Origin: a virus | Taxonomy: Duplodnaviria; Heunggongvirae; Uroviricota; Caudoviricetes | Strand: one strand, 5' to 3' | DNA: 64,000 nucleotides | Virus record (IMG/VR): IMGVR_UViG_3300027301_000002 | In this document: piece by piece, positions 9,245-18,317 of the stretch | How the letters are laid out: every line of letters starts with the position of its first letter | Position numbering within the stretch: position 1 is the first letter of the stretch | The notes under the pieces: generated by a model | What the model was told of the DNA's origin: nothing | The model's database searches: none | The model's input: only the letters and a program-made list of their open reading frames with translations | Translations under genes and position numbers: made by a program

Positions 9245-10922
9245 ATAGATAATTAATATCCTCTTGGCTGAATTCTGCTGCGCTTGGATCAAAATACACC
9301 GGCATCTGGCCTCTGAATATAGGCTCGACTGCCAATGTCAATTCACTGATCGGTGCATATTCATAAAACCCATACGGATCTACTAACTTAGAAACTTTAC
9401 CATTGCGATCTCTTTCGTATACATCATAATATTTTTCAACGATGCCGTTTTCTAGTATAAAAAGAGCCCACACTGTTGCCATGACCCGATCATCCCATGT
9501 ATTTCTCGAACCATTCTTTTTCCAAATGCCGTTTGAGTGTTTTACAAATGTACGAAATTCATCGATCAAGCCACCGCTTCTGACATCAACACATCTTAAG
9601 TGATTGACCCAATAACGCATATTTAATACACTATCATGTCGAACATTAGTATGGCTGAAGATTCCTCTTTTGTTTCTATCACTTTGTTTAGACGGCAGGA
9701 AGTCTAATAATCTTGTATAATGATATGATGTAACTAAGGTATCGACAACAGTGCCGCCCATGTTATTTCTTTCGATTGCAAGCATTGGCGAGCCCCACTG
9801 TAGAGCTATTTGGTATAATTTTCTAGTAAATGTCAACGGTTCAATTTGCCTATCATGGTATTCGGCGACTTGCTTAATGTTGCCAAGATCTGTAATGTCG
9901 TATATTTCCACAACTGACGCGGCTTCTCCTATGCCGTCAGATACATCGACTCCGATTGTATATACATGCGTTTTATCAGGCAAATCAAAGATCTTATAAT
10001 GCCCATCGTCTAATTGCAATATAGGTTCGCGTGCTTTTTGACGCATATCATCAATGAATGCCTCATCGACAGATCCGCTACCAGTGCTGATAAATTTGTT
10101 GTCATATTCTTGAGCAAATGCTTCTTCGTCGCCGTTTAGGCTTGCAAGCATTGATTCTTTCCATTTTTTGCCTCTGCCCGGAACATCCGACCAGTGAATG
10201 GTCTCTGCGTGCCATTGATCCAAACCCTCTGTCGGGGCCACCGACGTTGCATTCTTATATATTTCATAAAACATATTGTCAGTACCATTTGCGGTACTAA
10301 CTACAAATATCTGGGCCGTTTTAGAAGATGAAATTGTAGCTGACACGGATTTCCAAAATTGCGCCATGATGTTAGGTGCGATGAACGCCATCTCATCGAC
10401 GATGATTAAGTTGGTTGCCTTACCACGGCCCGTATTCGGTGATGTGGTTTCGACTGATAGATATGATCCATTTTCTAGCTTCATCCCTGTTTCACCCCAT
10501 TTCTCTACACCAGGCTTGAGCCAATTTGGTAATTGCTCATACGCCATTTTAACGCGGCTAAAAATTTCAATTGCGGTGTCTTCTCTGTTTGCAGCAATAA
10601 CGATTCTTTGGTGTTTAATGAAACATGCTTTCCATAATGAATAAACACACATCAAAGTACTTTTACCAACCTGTCTAGATGCTAGAGTCACTACGAAACG
10701 GTTTTTGCACAGTGACTTTAAAACGCGCTTCTGTGCGGGGTATAATTCTATCTTTTTTTCTCCATCATCAATGTTAATAATAGTAAAATAAGATTGTGCG
10801 AAATAAATGAGATCTTTTTTGCATTTCGCAATTTCCTCAATCATTTCCGATGTATAGTTGTGCTTTGTTGCCGGTAATGGTAGATTTTCGTTATTGAGAT
10901 AATGCGTTCGTTTTGACTGCAT
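9234..10922 (-). CDS. gp17: Terminase large subunit (T4 gp17-like)
   Basis: Walker A ASRQVGKST, Walker B LIIVDEMAF, coupling motif STANG, nuclease IGVDVSDG and DDRVMA. Confidence 0.95.
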   Translation of the reverse strand: MQSKRTHYLNNENLPLPATKHNYTSEMIEEIAKCKKDLIYFAQSYFTIINIDDGEKKIELYPAQKRVLKSLCKNRFVVTLASRQVGKSTLMCVYSLWKACFIKHQRIVIAANREDTAIEIFSRVKMAYEQLPNWLKPGVEKWGETGMKLENGSYLSVETTSPNTGRGKATNLIIVDEMAFIAPNIMAQFWKSVSATISSSKTAQIFVVSTANGTDNMFYEIYKNATSVAPTEGLDQWHAETIHWSDVPGRGKKWKESMLASLNGDEEAFAQEYDNKFISTGSGSVDEAFIDDMRQKAREPILQLDDGHYKIFDLPDKTHVYTIGVDVSDGIGEAASVVEIYDITDLGNIKQVAEYHDRQIEPLTFTRKLYQIALQWGSPMLAIERNNMGGTVVDTLVTSYHYTRLLDFLPSKQSDRNKRGIFSHTNVRHDSVLNMRYWVNHLRCVDVRSGGLIDEFRTFVKHSNGIWKKNGSRNTWDDRVMATVWALFILENGIVEKYYDVYERDRNGKVSKLVDPYGFYEYAPISELTLAVEPIFRGQMPVYFDPSAAEFSQEDINYLYAF

Positions 10923-10933
10923 ATAATTTTATA

Positions 10934-10995
10934 TACTTATATGCATTATCAATTTTTATTGTTGTGTGCGAAAATGGGGCTATTCTATATAAGTA
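10934..10995. promoter_or_regulatory. Back-to-back late-type promoter boxes (TAAGTA) in the divergent terminase / acidic-protein gap
   Basis: tactta at 10934-10939 (11 nt before the terminase ATG on the minus strand) and taagta at 10990-10995 (13 nt before ATG 11009). Confidence 0.55.
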
Positions 10996-11008
10996 CAATC
11001 TATAATCT

Positions 11009-11746
11009 ATGAATGTCAAATTAAAACAACTTTTAGAGGCACGCAAGAAAGCAAAAGGCGCGAAGTTCAAACAAACGTCAGCTACTAAAGCTCCTGGCGA
11101 TGCATTTAATGCGCCTAAAAAAGGGCTATCCGGTGCAGGCCCTGAGGGAGCAAAAACCCCAGTCAAACCAAAAAGTACCGTTAAAGAATCAAGAGTGCCT
11201 GCATTTGGTGCTAGATTCAATCGTCTATTCGAGCAAACACTTACTGAGCATGAAAATATGCTCGCAGAAGAAGATGGTGAACTATACGCTGAATATGATA
11301 TGATGTCAGACGACGATCAAGTCGATTCCGATCTTATTGGTGCTGAAGGAGAAGATGTGACAATTACCCTTGATAAAGAGACGGCTAAAAAGCTTCATGC
11401 ATTGCTGGCTGCAGTCATTGGTGGTGAAGAAGATGGCGGAGAGGGTGAAGAAGAAGGGGGAGAAGATTATGGATTAGGTGAGAGCAAAGATGAGGAAGAA
11501 GAAGACGATGAAGAAGTCGTTGAAGAAGAAGGTCATTATAGCATGGGAGCTGCTAATCTCGCAGCCGGTGCTAAGCTTGCACAAACAAGTACAGACAAAG
11601 TTAAGTGCAAACAGGTGGCACGCCCAGGCAAAGCAAGCCCGACAAAATCATACGACAGTAGCGGCAAGCTTAGCGCCGTTGGTGCTGCTAAACCACAACC
11701 GTTTCAAGTGAAAAGCAGTGTTGCCGCTGGTAAGGATCTTTTCTAA
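11009..11746 (+). CDS. Acidic low-complexity late protein, candidate prohead core/internal protein
   Basis: N-terminus KLKQLLE, a long D/E/G tract, and many (L/V)-x-E sites. Confidence 0.55.
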   Translation: MNVKLKQLLEARKKAKGAKFKQTSATKAPGDAFNAPKKGLSGAGPEGAKTPVKPKSTVKESRVPAFGARFNRLFEQTLTEHENMLAEEDGELYAEYDMMSDDDQVDSDLIGAEGEDVTITLDKETAKKLHALLAAVIGGEEDGGEGEEEGGEDYGLGESKDEEEEDDEEVVEEEGHYSMGAANLAAGAKLAQTSTDKVKCKQVARPGKASPTKSYDSSGKLSAVGAAKPQPFQVKSSVAAGKDLF

Positions 11747-11768
11747 TAGGCAGTCATATTGATAAACT

Positions 11769-11799
11769 AAAAAAGGAGAGCGTAAAGCTCTCCTTTTTT
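11769..11799. terminator. Bidirectional intrinsic terminator between convergent genes
   Basis: A6-GGAGAGC-GTAAA-GCTCTCC-T6. Confidence 0.85.
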
Positions 11800-12142
11800 A
11801 TTCGAATGAAATCACCAATTTCTCGTTTAAGTATTTGCTTGTTTTATTCTTGCCAATATAAAACATTAGCTCTTGATATGGTTGCGTGTTTTTGACTGCT
11901 ATCTTGTCTACGCTATAATCAAAAATTATCCCATTATCTGTAATGAATATATCAAACGGAATAGGTATCGGCAGAATCTCAATAGATGGTTTGGATGTCT
12001 TGATGTAGAGGTCAAACGAAAACGCATTTATCTTTGACAGCACAAATCTGCCTGTTTTGAATACGTTGGTTCCATTAATTGATAGCTTAATGGTTTTTTG
12101 GAAGTGCTGCTTTAACGCATTTTCGATTTTGTCTATTATCAT
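11798..12142 (-). CDS. Hypothetical protein
   Basis: Last gene of the minus-strand queC run; ATGA overlap with the upstream gene. Confidence 0.5.
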   Translation of the reverse strand: MIIDKIENALKQHFQKTIKLSINGTNVFKTGRFVLSKINAFSFDLYIKTSKPSIEILPIPIPFDIFITDNGIIFDYSVDKIAVKNTQPYQELMFYIGKNKTSKYLNEKLVISFE

Positions 12143-12531
12143 GAGTTCATGAATCTTAATTTATCTTCAGGGCTTAGCGGCAACATATTTGAGTCAAAAT
12201 AGTCCCAAAATTTTGCAACTTCGTCTTCTGTCGTTACTGGAATTTGTGTAATGATCGAAGATCCCTCTGCACCAAACAATCTATATTCTTGCCAGAGAAT
12301 ATCCCATGCAAGAATTAGATTGCGGGCTGCTGGTGTGAATTTTAATCCACCCCCACCACCACCTTCATATCGTAGTGTAATTTTACCTCGAGGGCTATTG
12401 AGTAGACTATTACTTGTTGTTATGAATGCTCTTCTAGTTGATGCTGCCCCTGGCTTTGGATTGCGCCTAATGAATTTGACCTCAAGTACATTAGTTTCCA
12501 GCAGATTGCTTAGTTCAGTGAGTGATGCCAT
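12139..12531 (-). CDS. SH3/WYL_2 (DUF2693)-like phage protein
   Basis: VLEVKFIRR...RRAFIT...LAWDILWQEYRLF resembles the V.F.K...R...T...V.D.....WRSF pattern. Confidence 0.4.
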   Translation of the reverse strand: MASLTELSNLLETNVLEVKFIRRNPKPGAASTRRAFITTSNSLLNSPRGKITLRYEGGGGGGLKFTPAARNLILAWDILWQEYRLFGAEGSSIITQIPVTTEDEVAKFWDYFDSNMLPLSPEDKLRFMNS

Positions 12532-12534
12532 ATT

Positions 12535-12876
12535 TTATTGTTCCTCTTTGAGGCTTACTTTGCCGAATAGTCTATCCTCGTTAATATATCGAACTTCGAC
12601 CCCCTTATGTTTGATGCCCGGAATCCCTCGATCATTAGGAAATAGAACCATATCTCCTACTTTGACATTGTCGCTGCATTTGGGTCCCTTGAGAATAATT
12701 TCTCCTACTCTCCACATGTTATAGGTAACACCTGGGTCTACCCACAGAGAGCCTCGCTTGACAAGACCTTCACCGTTATTATCTTTATAAGCAATTGCTA
12801 GTGTATCACCAAACAATTCACTGATTTCATAGTCTTCAGGAAGTGCGGAGCTACTGTATTTTTCTAAATTTTCCAT
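12535..12876 (-). CDS. GroES-like co-chaperonin (T4 gp31 analogue)
   Basis: LFGDTLAI...GSLWV...GEIILKGP...VKVGDMVLF...YINEDRLFGKV is the Cpn10 pattern. Confidence 0.7.
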   Translation of the reverse strand: MENLEKYSSSALPEDYEISELFGDTLAIAYKDNNGEGLVKRGSLWVDPGVTYNMWRVGEIILKGPKCSDNVKVGDMVLFPNDRGIPGIKHKGVEVRYINEDRLFGKVSLKEEQ

Positions 12877-12890
12877 ATGGGTGATTTATG

Positions 12891-13274
12891 TTACTTTTTG
12901 TAGATGTCAAGATCTTTTACCTTAAAATCAATTCTTTCCAAATACAACCGAACTTCTCTTTCAGAAATTTCCATATTTTTGGCAATTAATTTTACAGTAT
13001 CGTCGTCTTTGCTATTTTCCGCTTTTGCTTTCTTGATGTAGTTTAATTTACGAAATTTTACTCTCGGCAATGAGGTCATAAACGCATTATACCAATCTTG
13101 CTTATCAGCCAATGCCATCCAATATCTATTGGTAGTTTCGTTCAGAATGTATGTAACTTCTGGCGAATGCATTGATAGCCATCTTTGAATGAGAAACGGC
13201 ACAAAGTCATTTTCTTCTTCGAGCAACTCTGGTTGTTTCGAATAAAGGATATTTTTAAGATAATCAAATAGCAT
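12891..13274 (-). CDS. gp62: Clamp loader small subunit (T4 gp62-like)
   Basis: LFDYLKNI...FVPFLIQRWLS...NE.....KQDWY...LNYIKKAK...ISEREVRLYL. Confidence 0.75.
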   Translation of the reverse strand: MLFDYLKNILYSKQPELLEEENDFVPFLIQRWLSMHSPEVTYILNETTNRYWMALADKQDWYNAFMTSLPRVKFRKLNYIKKAKAENSKDDDTVKLIAKNMEISEREVRLYLERIDFKVKDLDIYKK

Positions 13275-13873
13275 TAGAGAATTGCCGTCTTTGAGGTTGC
13301 GACAAAAATGTCATCAATCATAACATAAAACTCATTAATGACATTATTTGTAAATTTCGTTAATTTATCACTATCTCCTAATACATCTCGTGTCGAGTAA
13401 GCGAATGCTGGTGCCTTTGCTCCTGCACTGATATTCACTGCTAAGTGTCCAAGACTTGCACCATTTACTTCATGACAAATAGAAACACTAGCCTTTCCTT
13501 TTGGAAGAACCAATGAATGATGGTCTGATACAAATTCGTTGTTAACCATAATGTCGTCTCCTTCGATAGATACTCCTGGCACTCCTTCTTCCCATAGAAG
13601 CTGTGCAACTTTCGCTGCGAACAATCGTTGGAAACTTACTCCACCAAACCTGCAGACGTTTGGAAGTTCCCAAACAAACTGAATGGCGTCCTCACTGTAA
13701 ATGTAATCATTCTTGAGAGCATCTTCAAGGTCAACGAGATTATCTGTTACTTCCATTGATCCTCGAAATGCCATGATATTGCCAAGCGGATGTACATTCT
13801 TGCCAAAATATCTATAAGCAAATCTTTGATGAATCAGCGAGCCGTCGTATTGTGTAATTTCTTTGTTAAACAT
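13274..13873 (-). CDS. DUF366 family protein (biotin/lipoate ligase-like fold)
   Basis: YDGSLI...AY..FG, VDLED, FQRL, EGDDIMV, GKASVSI and GHLAVNI match DUF366 as recalled. Confidence 0.7.
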   Translation of the reverse strand: MFNKEITQYDGSLIHQRFAYRYFGKNVHPLGNIMAFRGSMEVTDNLVDLEDALKNDYIYSEDAIQFVWELPNVCRFGGVSFQRLFAAKVAQLLWEEGVPGVSIEGDDIMVNNEFVSDHHSLVLPKGKASVSICHEVNGASLGHLAVNISAGAKAPAFAYSTRDVLGDSDKLTKFTNNVINEFYVMIDDIFVATSKTAIL

Positions 13874-14327
13874 AATATAGTGGTGATGTTGTTAATTTGT
13901 TAATATATAGCGGGATGTCTTTAGAATCAATATATAATCCTTGATAGCGCCAAAATATTTTATCTCCTTTTGCCAAAATCTTTTCAGCAATTCGATTTTT
14001 GATTATTTCGACTGCATTATTGTGGGGTCTCCAATCGTTGAGCAATTCATCTGGATAGTCGTCGAGGATAAACTTCTTGTCTGTTACCTTATATCCCCTG
14101 CGAATAATTTCATCTTTTATTTCGACATGTCGCTTGTGCAGGTATAAAATCTTATCAGTCCAAAATAAAATATGTCCTTTCCCAAGCGTAAATTCGTTGG
14201 GTACTTTTGATTTCATTTTGAATTTATTTTTTCTCAACATGCCATCCACAATAAGCAATTCAGATTGCTCTGCGATTAAATGCTGATCTAATAGCATATT
14301 AGGCTCAATGCCAGCATTGCATCTCAT
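13866..14327 (-). CDS. denV: Pyrimidine-dimer DNA glycosylase / endonuclease V family
   Basis: LLDQHLIAEQSEL and FTLGKGHILFWTDKILYLHKR...RRGY align with T4 DenV (LADQHLMAEYREL; FILGAGHVTFFYDKL). Confidence 0.85.
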   Translation of the reverse strand: MRCNAGIEPNMLLDQHLIAEQSELLIVDGMLRKNKFKMKSKVPNEFTLGKGHILFWTDKILYLHKRHVEIKDEIIRRGYKVTDKKFILDDYPDELLNDWRPHNNAVEIIKNRIAEKILAKGDKIFWRYQGLYIDSKDIPLYINKLTTSPLYYV

Positions 14328-14944
14328 GGAATAAAATAAAGAGGCTTGGTTTGATAACTGTGGACTTCGATGAATTCATTATCTTTAATTTCGTATACTA
14401 CTCTAGGGTTGATGCTCTGACTACATCTATTTGTAGCTGTTGAAGAAAAATCCCCAGTCTCTGGATCCATGAATAGAGTATTATCCGAACGTGTAACAAA
14501 AAGCTGATTGGTTAAAATATTATACATCCAACAAGCCCACGTTCCTTTAAATTTTTCAAAACATTGAAAGCCATGGATATGCAATTGAAACGGGATTACA
14601 CTACTATCTATTTCATATGTATGATTGTCTCGAATGTGTTCGGGAATAAGCTCTTTGTGGTTTGTTAGGATGCCGTTGTGAGCAACCAACCAATTCCGAT
14701 ATTCAAAAGGATGGCATCTTATTGGTGTAAATGTATGACCAATCCCAGTAGGCGCTCGCAGATGACCAAGATAAAGAGATGCATCATTCGCATTGAATCT
14801 GATATCCATGTCATCACTTTTGTATATAGTGTGTTTATTATTTCTCCGAAATACTCCGCCAAAACTACTAAACCCTCTAACGGTATTTGCGTCGTATAAT
14901 TCATTGAATCTTTCCAATTTAGTTGATTTAAAAATTCCGCACAT
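14324..14944 (-). CDS. Class II (Ntn) glutamine amidotransferase
   Basis: N-terminal MCG nucleophile, GHLRAPT, HPF, AHNG, DS motifs. Confidence 0.85.
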   Translation of the reverse strand: MCGIFKSTKLERFNELYDANTVRGFSSFGGVFRRNNKHTIYKSDDMDIRFNANDASLYLGHLRAPTGIGHTFTPIRCHPFEYRNWLVAHNGILTNHKELIPEHIRDNHTYEIDSSVIPFQLHIHGFQCFEKFKGTWACWMYNILTNQLFVTRSDNTLFMDPETGDFSSTATNRCSQSINPRVVYEIKDNEFIEVHSYQTKPLYFIP

Positions 14945-14948
14945 ATGA

Positions 14949-15629
14949 TTAACTATACTTTGCTAAAAACCTCTTTTCACTATTTTTCCATCTTTCATTA
15001 TCTGTAGAACTCAGTCCGCCTGATGCGTGTGTGACATGGATAGGAACTGTTGACATTTTCAACCCTGCTTTATTTGCGCGAAGACAAAAATCAATATCAT
15101 AATGATGGAAATCGAATTGAGGATCAAAAAGCACACCATTATCCATAAGTGCCTTTCTATTAGCAGCTAAAAACAGCCCATCCATAACGATGCATCTAGA
15201 TGGGGAAGGTCCAAAAGATGTTGCGAAAGATTGGTTTGTATTTGGAATATAATGATTCACAAATCCCATCCATTGTTCTCTAGGTGACATTAAATGCCAA
15301 AGTGCCGGTGATTTGATTTCTGTATTAGAACTACCAGCAAGACCCAAGATGTCGTAATTTTCAAATCCTTCTTTCAATTTTTCAAACCAAAAAATATCTT
15401 CAATTACGACATCATCATGAACACACACTACATAATCATGCTCACATTCCAAAATTGCATGGTTGTAAATTTCGGATAGGCCTTGCTTATTGTTATAAGC
15501 AACATATGTCTGGTCCGAGACTTTAGCCTTTCTCAAGAACTTTCCAAGATGGGAATTACACCAAAAATCGTAATGGTGCATTTTTGTCGCTGTGATGAAA
15601 TAAATATCAGTACTTTTCATAATTCTCAT
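14949..15629 (-). CDS. GT-A fold glycosyltransferase (Glyco_tranf_2_5-like)
   Basis: GLSEIYN, VHDDV, ILGLAG, MDGLFLA, FHHYDIDFCL. Confidence 0.75.
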   Translation of the reverse strand: MRIMKSTDIYFITATKMHHYDFWCNSHLGKFLRKAKVSDQTYVAYNNKQGLSEIYNHAILECEHDYVVCVHDDVVIEDIFWFEKLKEGFENYDILGLAGSSNTEIKSPALWHLMSPREQWMGFVNHYIPNTNQSFATSFGPSPSRCIVMDGLFLAANRKALMDNGVLFDPQFDFHHYDIDFCLRANKAGLKMSTVPIHVTHASGGLSSTDNERWKNSEKRFLAKYS

Positions 15630-16363
15630 TGAATGCCGTATTTCTCATAGTCAATGGAAATTGCATATTCCATGGAATCTTTTAACCCGGCATTAATAAA
15701 TCCTTGTAATCTATTGGCGCATGCGACACATTCGCCGCATGAAAGTGTTTTAACACCCGGAATATAAACCGGGTCGTAGCATGTCCATGTCAGTTCGAAT
15801 GGTACGTTTAATTCTGCACCTCTTCTAATGATTTCTTCTTTATTCATCGTCATTAGAGGTGCTTTAATTTCAATGCTATTTTTACGATTAAGGCAAATAA
15901 CTCTATTAATTGCTTCCAAAAACTCTGCAGAAGCGTCCCAATAACCCGACAGAGTATCTGCTTGTTGTGCTCCATAATATACTTCATTTGATTCTGTGCT
16001 TTCAGCGAAACCTACCGCAGTGCTCAGCATAATCATATTACGATTAGGCACGTAACTTAGTGGCTGCGGATCTCCAAGAACATCTTTTGCTTTTGGTATG
16101 TCATATTCTCCGTTGAGCAATGCAGATGTTTGCAAGTAGTCAAAAACATGCTTCAACGAAATTTCATGTAAAATTACTTTGTTGTTCGAAAGCGCCGCCA
16201 AATGATCTACTACTGCAGCTGCTCTGGCACATTCAATGGAATGCTTTTGGCCATAGAAGAAATTCAAACAATATAAAACTTCACCTTCTTCTAATTTTGA
16301 AGCGACGTCATACAACAGCACTGTGGAATCTAAGCCGCCGCTAAAGATAATAACCTTATTCAT
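15626..16363 (-). CDS. queC: 7-cyano-7-deazaguanine (preQ0) synthase
   Basis: FSGGLDST, YGQKH..E, YVPNRNMI, APLMTMNK, TWTCY...CGECVAC zinc site. Start reassigned to ATG 16363. Confidence 0.95.
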   Translation of the reverse strand: MNKVIIFSGGLDSTVLLYDVASKLEEGEVLYCLNFFYGQKHSIECARAAAVVDHLAALSNNKVILHEISLKHVFDYLQTSALLNGEYDIPKAKDVLGDPQPLSYVPNRNMIMLSTAVGFAESTESNEVYYGAQQADTLSGYWDASAEFLEAINRVICLNRKNSIEIKAPLMTMNKEEIIRRGAELNVPFELTWTCYDPVYIPGVKTLSCGECVACANRLQGFINAGLKDSMEYAISIDYEKYGIQ

Positions 16364-16368
16364 AAATA

Positions 16369-16397
16369 AATATAACATACGGAAATGATGGTTGCAA
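16369..16397 (-). promoter_or_regulatory. Sigma70-like promoter of the queC operon
   Basis: Minus strand TTGCAA-17 nt-TATATT with TGn extension. Confidence 0.6.
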
Positions 16398-16415
16398 CTA
16401 ATAAATAAATATTGT

Positions 16416-17261
16416 ATGGCAAACCTCAAACAAATTTTCCTAAACACATTACTCGAACAGGAAGCTCCTGAATCTGAAACCAATTATGATGCACAACAAG
16501 ATGAGGCACCTCTTCGTGATCGTCTTGCAAAAAATGATGTGCCTGAAGATGCATTAGACGTAGAGCCTGGACCCCCTAACACTGGATACAAAGCCGAAGT
16601 TGCCGCAGCAGAGGATTGGATTCAAAATATTGATGAGTTTGTCAAATACCTAAATGATACTGCGACTGGATCTATTAACCGACAAGTCAACGTATTAGAT
16701 AGAGATAATAGTGTGTTTAAGGGAATTGCATCACGTATTTCGGATAAGGTTGCGCGTGTTTCAAGCGACTTAGCTGAACTTAAAGAAATTATTGCTGGGT
16801 TTGTTATCGCATCGGATCGCAAGGCTAAGAACATTAGAATGGCTGATTCTTTTGAAAGTGAATTAACTCCGTCTGAAATCGTGATTGAGAGATTATCACG
16901 TTGCGGGTTTGAGTATAAATCGTCATCGCCAGCATCGCATAGAATGGTGCTTGAAACAGCAGACGGTGAGTTATTTGCTGAAATCAATCAAGAAGGTCTC
17001 GTCAATGGCGAGAGCATTGATGAGTACATGGAACGTCTTAATGCAGAATACAACATCACTGAACTAATCGATGATGCCGATGAAACCATTATCGGTGAAG
17101 ATGTTATCATGGATGAAAAAATCGTCAAGCAAATTAAAGAAATCGATGTAAAATTGGCTACAAAGTGGGACTACGATTTATACATCAAACGCCGCGAGCT
17201 TTTGTCTAAGATGGAAACTAACTACATTGATGTCGCCAAAAGCTTAGTCGAGGGTGATTAA
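16416..17261 (+). CDS. Acidic late protein, candidate head-internal protein
   Basis: TAAATA box 4 nt before the ATG; N-terminus LKQIFLNTLLE; strongly acidic. Confidence 0.55.
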   Translation: MANLKQIFLNTLLEQEAPESETNYDAQQDEAPLRDRLAKNDVPEDALDVEPGPPNTGYKAEVAAAEDWIQNIDEFVKYLNDTATGSINRQVNVLDRDNSVFKGIASRISDKVARVSSDLAELKEIIAGFVIASDRKAKNIRMADSFESELTPSEIVIERLSRCGFEYKSSSPASHRMVLETADGELFAEINQEGLVNGESIDEYMERLNAEYNITELIDDADETIIGEDVIMDEKIVKQIKEIDVKLATKWDYDLYIKRRELLSKMETNYIDVAKSLVEGD

Positions 17262-18292
17262 TTTATTTGCATGTATGATGCTTTTGCAGCAATGCCGTTC
17301 TTAGCATGCTTTAGTAGAATTTGATAAGGAAATTCATTTATTTTCTTATCAATGCAAATATCATTGATATCTTTATATATAGATAACGCAGCCGGCCATA
17401 CAAATACGGTTTCCCCTTTGTCTACTAATTCAATAAATTTATCAGTAACATCTTCATTGCGATCTTGATATGGATTGTCCAAAACCCATACAATTTTATA
17501 AAACGCCTTTAGTGTTTCTAATTGGCTCTCTTGTTTTGGAGTGCATGCAATTCCCGCAACTGCTACTCCATTTTTGACAAAGCATGCGTCTACAGGGCCT
17601 TCAAAAATAAAGCAATAGTCAATGTCGTTATTTACATTATTCAAATTGAATATGCTTTTGTCTGAATTGATTTTTGACAAATATTTTGGGCCATCGTCAT
17701 TGTCATTTATTTTTCTAGATTGGTAAAAGCAGATTTTATTACCAATATCGTAAAATGGGATGATAATACGATCTCCGTGGTATTTGTCCTTGTGTGAAAA
17801 ATAAATCGCCTTTGGTCTGTTTATGGCAGTATCTAATTTTCTCATTTTAAGATACTTAACTGCTTTCGTTACAGCAGGGTCACTTTTATAAAAATCGATT
17901 ACATTATCATCTAGCAGATTGATTGCATCGGTGGGTAGGTCCGGAATTGTGTATGTCTGTGATGATGCCTCTAATTTCTTAAAAAATTTGCCACCGGTGC
18001 CCATATCAAATCCATAATTTTTCATGGCATCATTAACAATTTGAGACGGGCTTTGTCCTGTGACCTCTTTAATCCACCACAGCGCCGTCCATGAGTTTTG
18101 ACAATTATGGCAAAACATTGAATTTGAACCTGGGTAATAGTAAAGCCTTTTTTTCTTTAACCAACTTTTACCTTCTCTGCATATTGGGCATGATGCGTTA
18201 TATTTGTCCCCAACTCGCCGAGCTTTGCCTGCATGAAGGTAAAACTTCTCAAGCACATAATCAGCTGGTAAATTATTGTCAAATTCGCTCAT
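17258..18292 (-). CDS. gp61: DNA primase (T4 gp61-like)
   Basis: Zinc-binding CPIC...CHNC; RIIIPF, GPKYL, TOPRIM FEGPVDA and LDN. Confidence 0.9.
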   Translation of the reverse strand: MSEFDNNLPADYVLEKFYLHAGKARRVGDKYNASCPICREGKSWLKKKRLYYYPGSNSMFCHNCQNSWTALWWIKEVTGQSPSQIVNDAMKNYGFDMGTGGKFFKKLEASSQTYTIPDLPTDAINLLDDNVIDFYKSDPAVTKAVKYLKMRKLDTAINRPKAIYFSHKDKYHGDRIIIPFYDIGNKICFYQSRKINDNDDGPKYLSKINSDKSIFNLNNVNNDIDYCFIFEGPVDACFVKNGVAVAGIACTPKQESQLETLKAFYKIVWVLDNPYQDRNEDVTDKFIELVDKGETVFVWPAALSIYKDINDICIDKKINEFPYQILLKHAKNGIAAKASYMQIN

Positions 18293-18317
18293 CTCTCTAA
18301 GTATAAATAAGGACTAT

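Noticed and set aside
13274-16363. Complete preQ0 pathway inside the window
   Set aside because: No QueD (6-carboxytetrahydropterin synthase) or radical-SAM QueE (CxxxCxxC) ORF was found; they must be elsewhere in the genome or host-supplied.
16364-16483. N-terminal extensions given by the ORF track for queC (and for gp3, gp55, ORFs 16392, 18276, 31839, 56138)
   Set aside because: They overlap neighbouring genes or promoters; downstream ATG/GTG codons match family N-termini and promoter spacing better.
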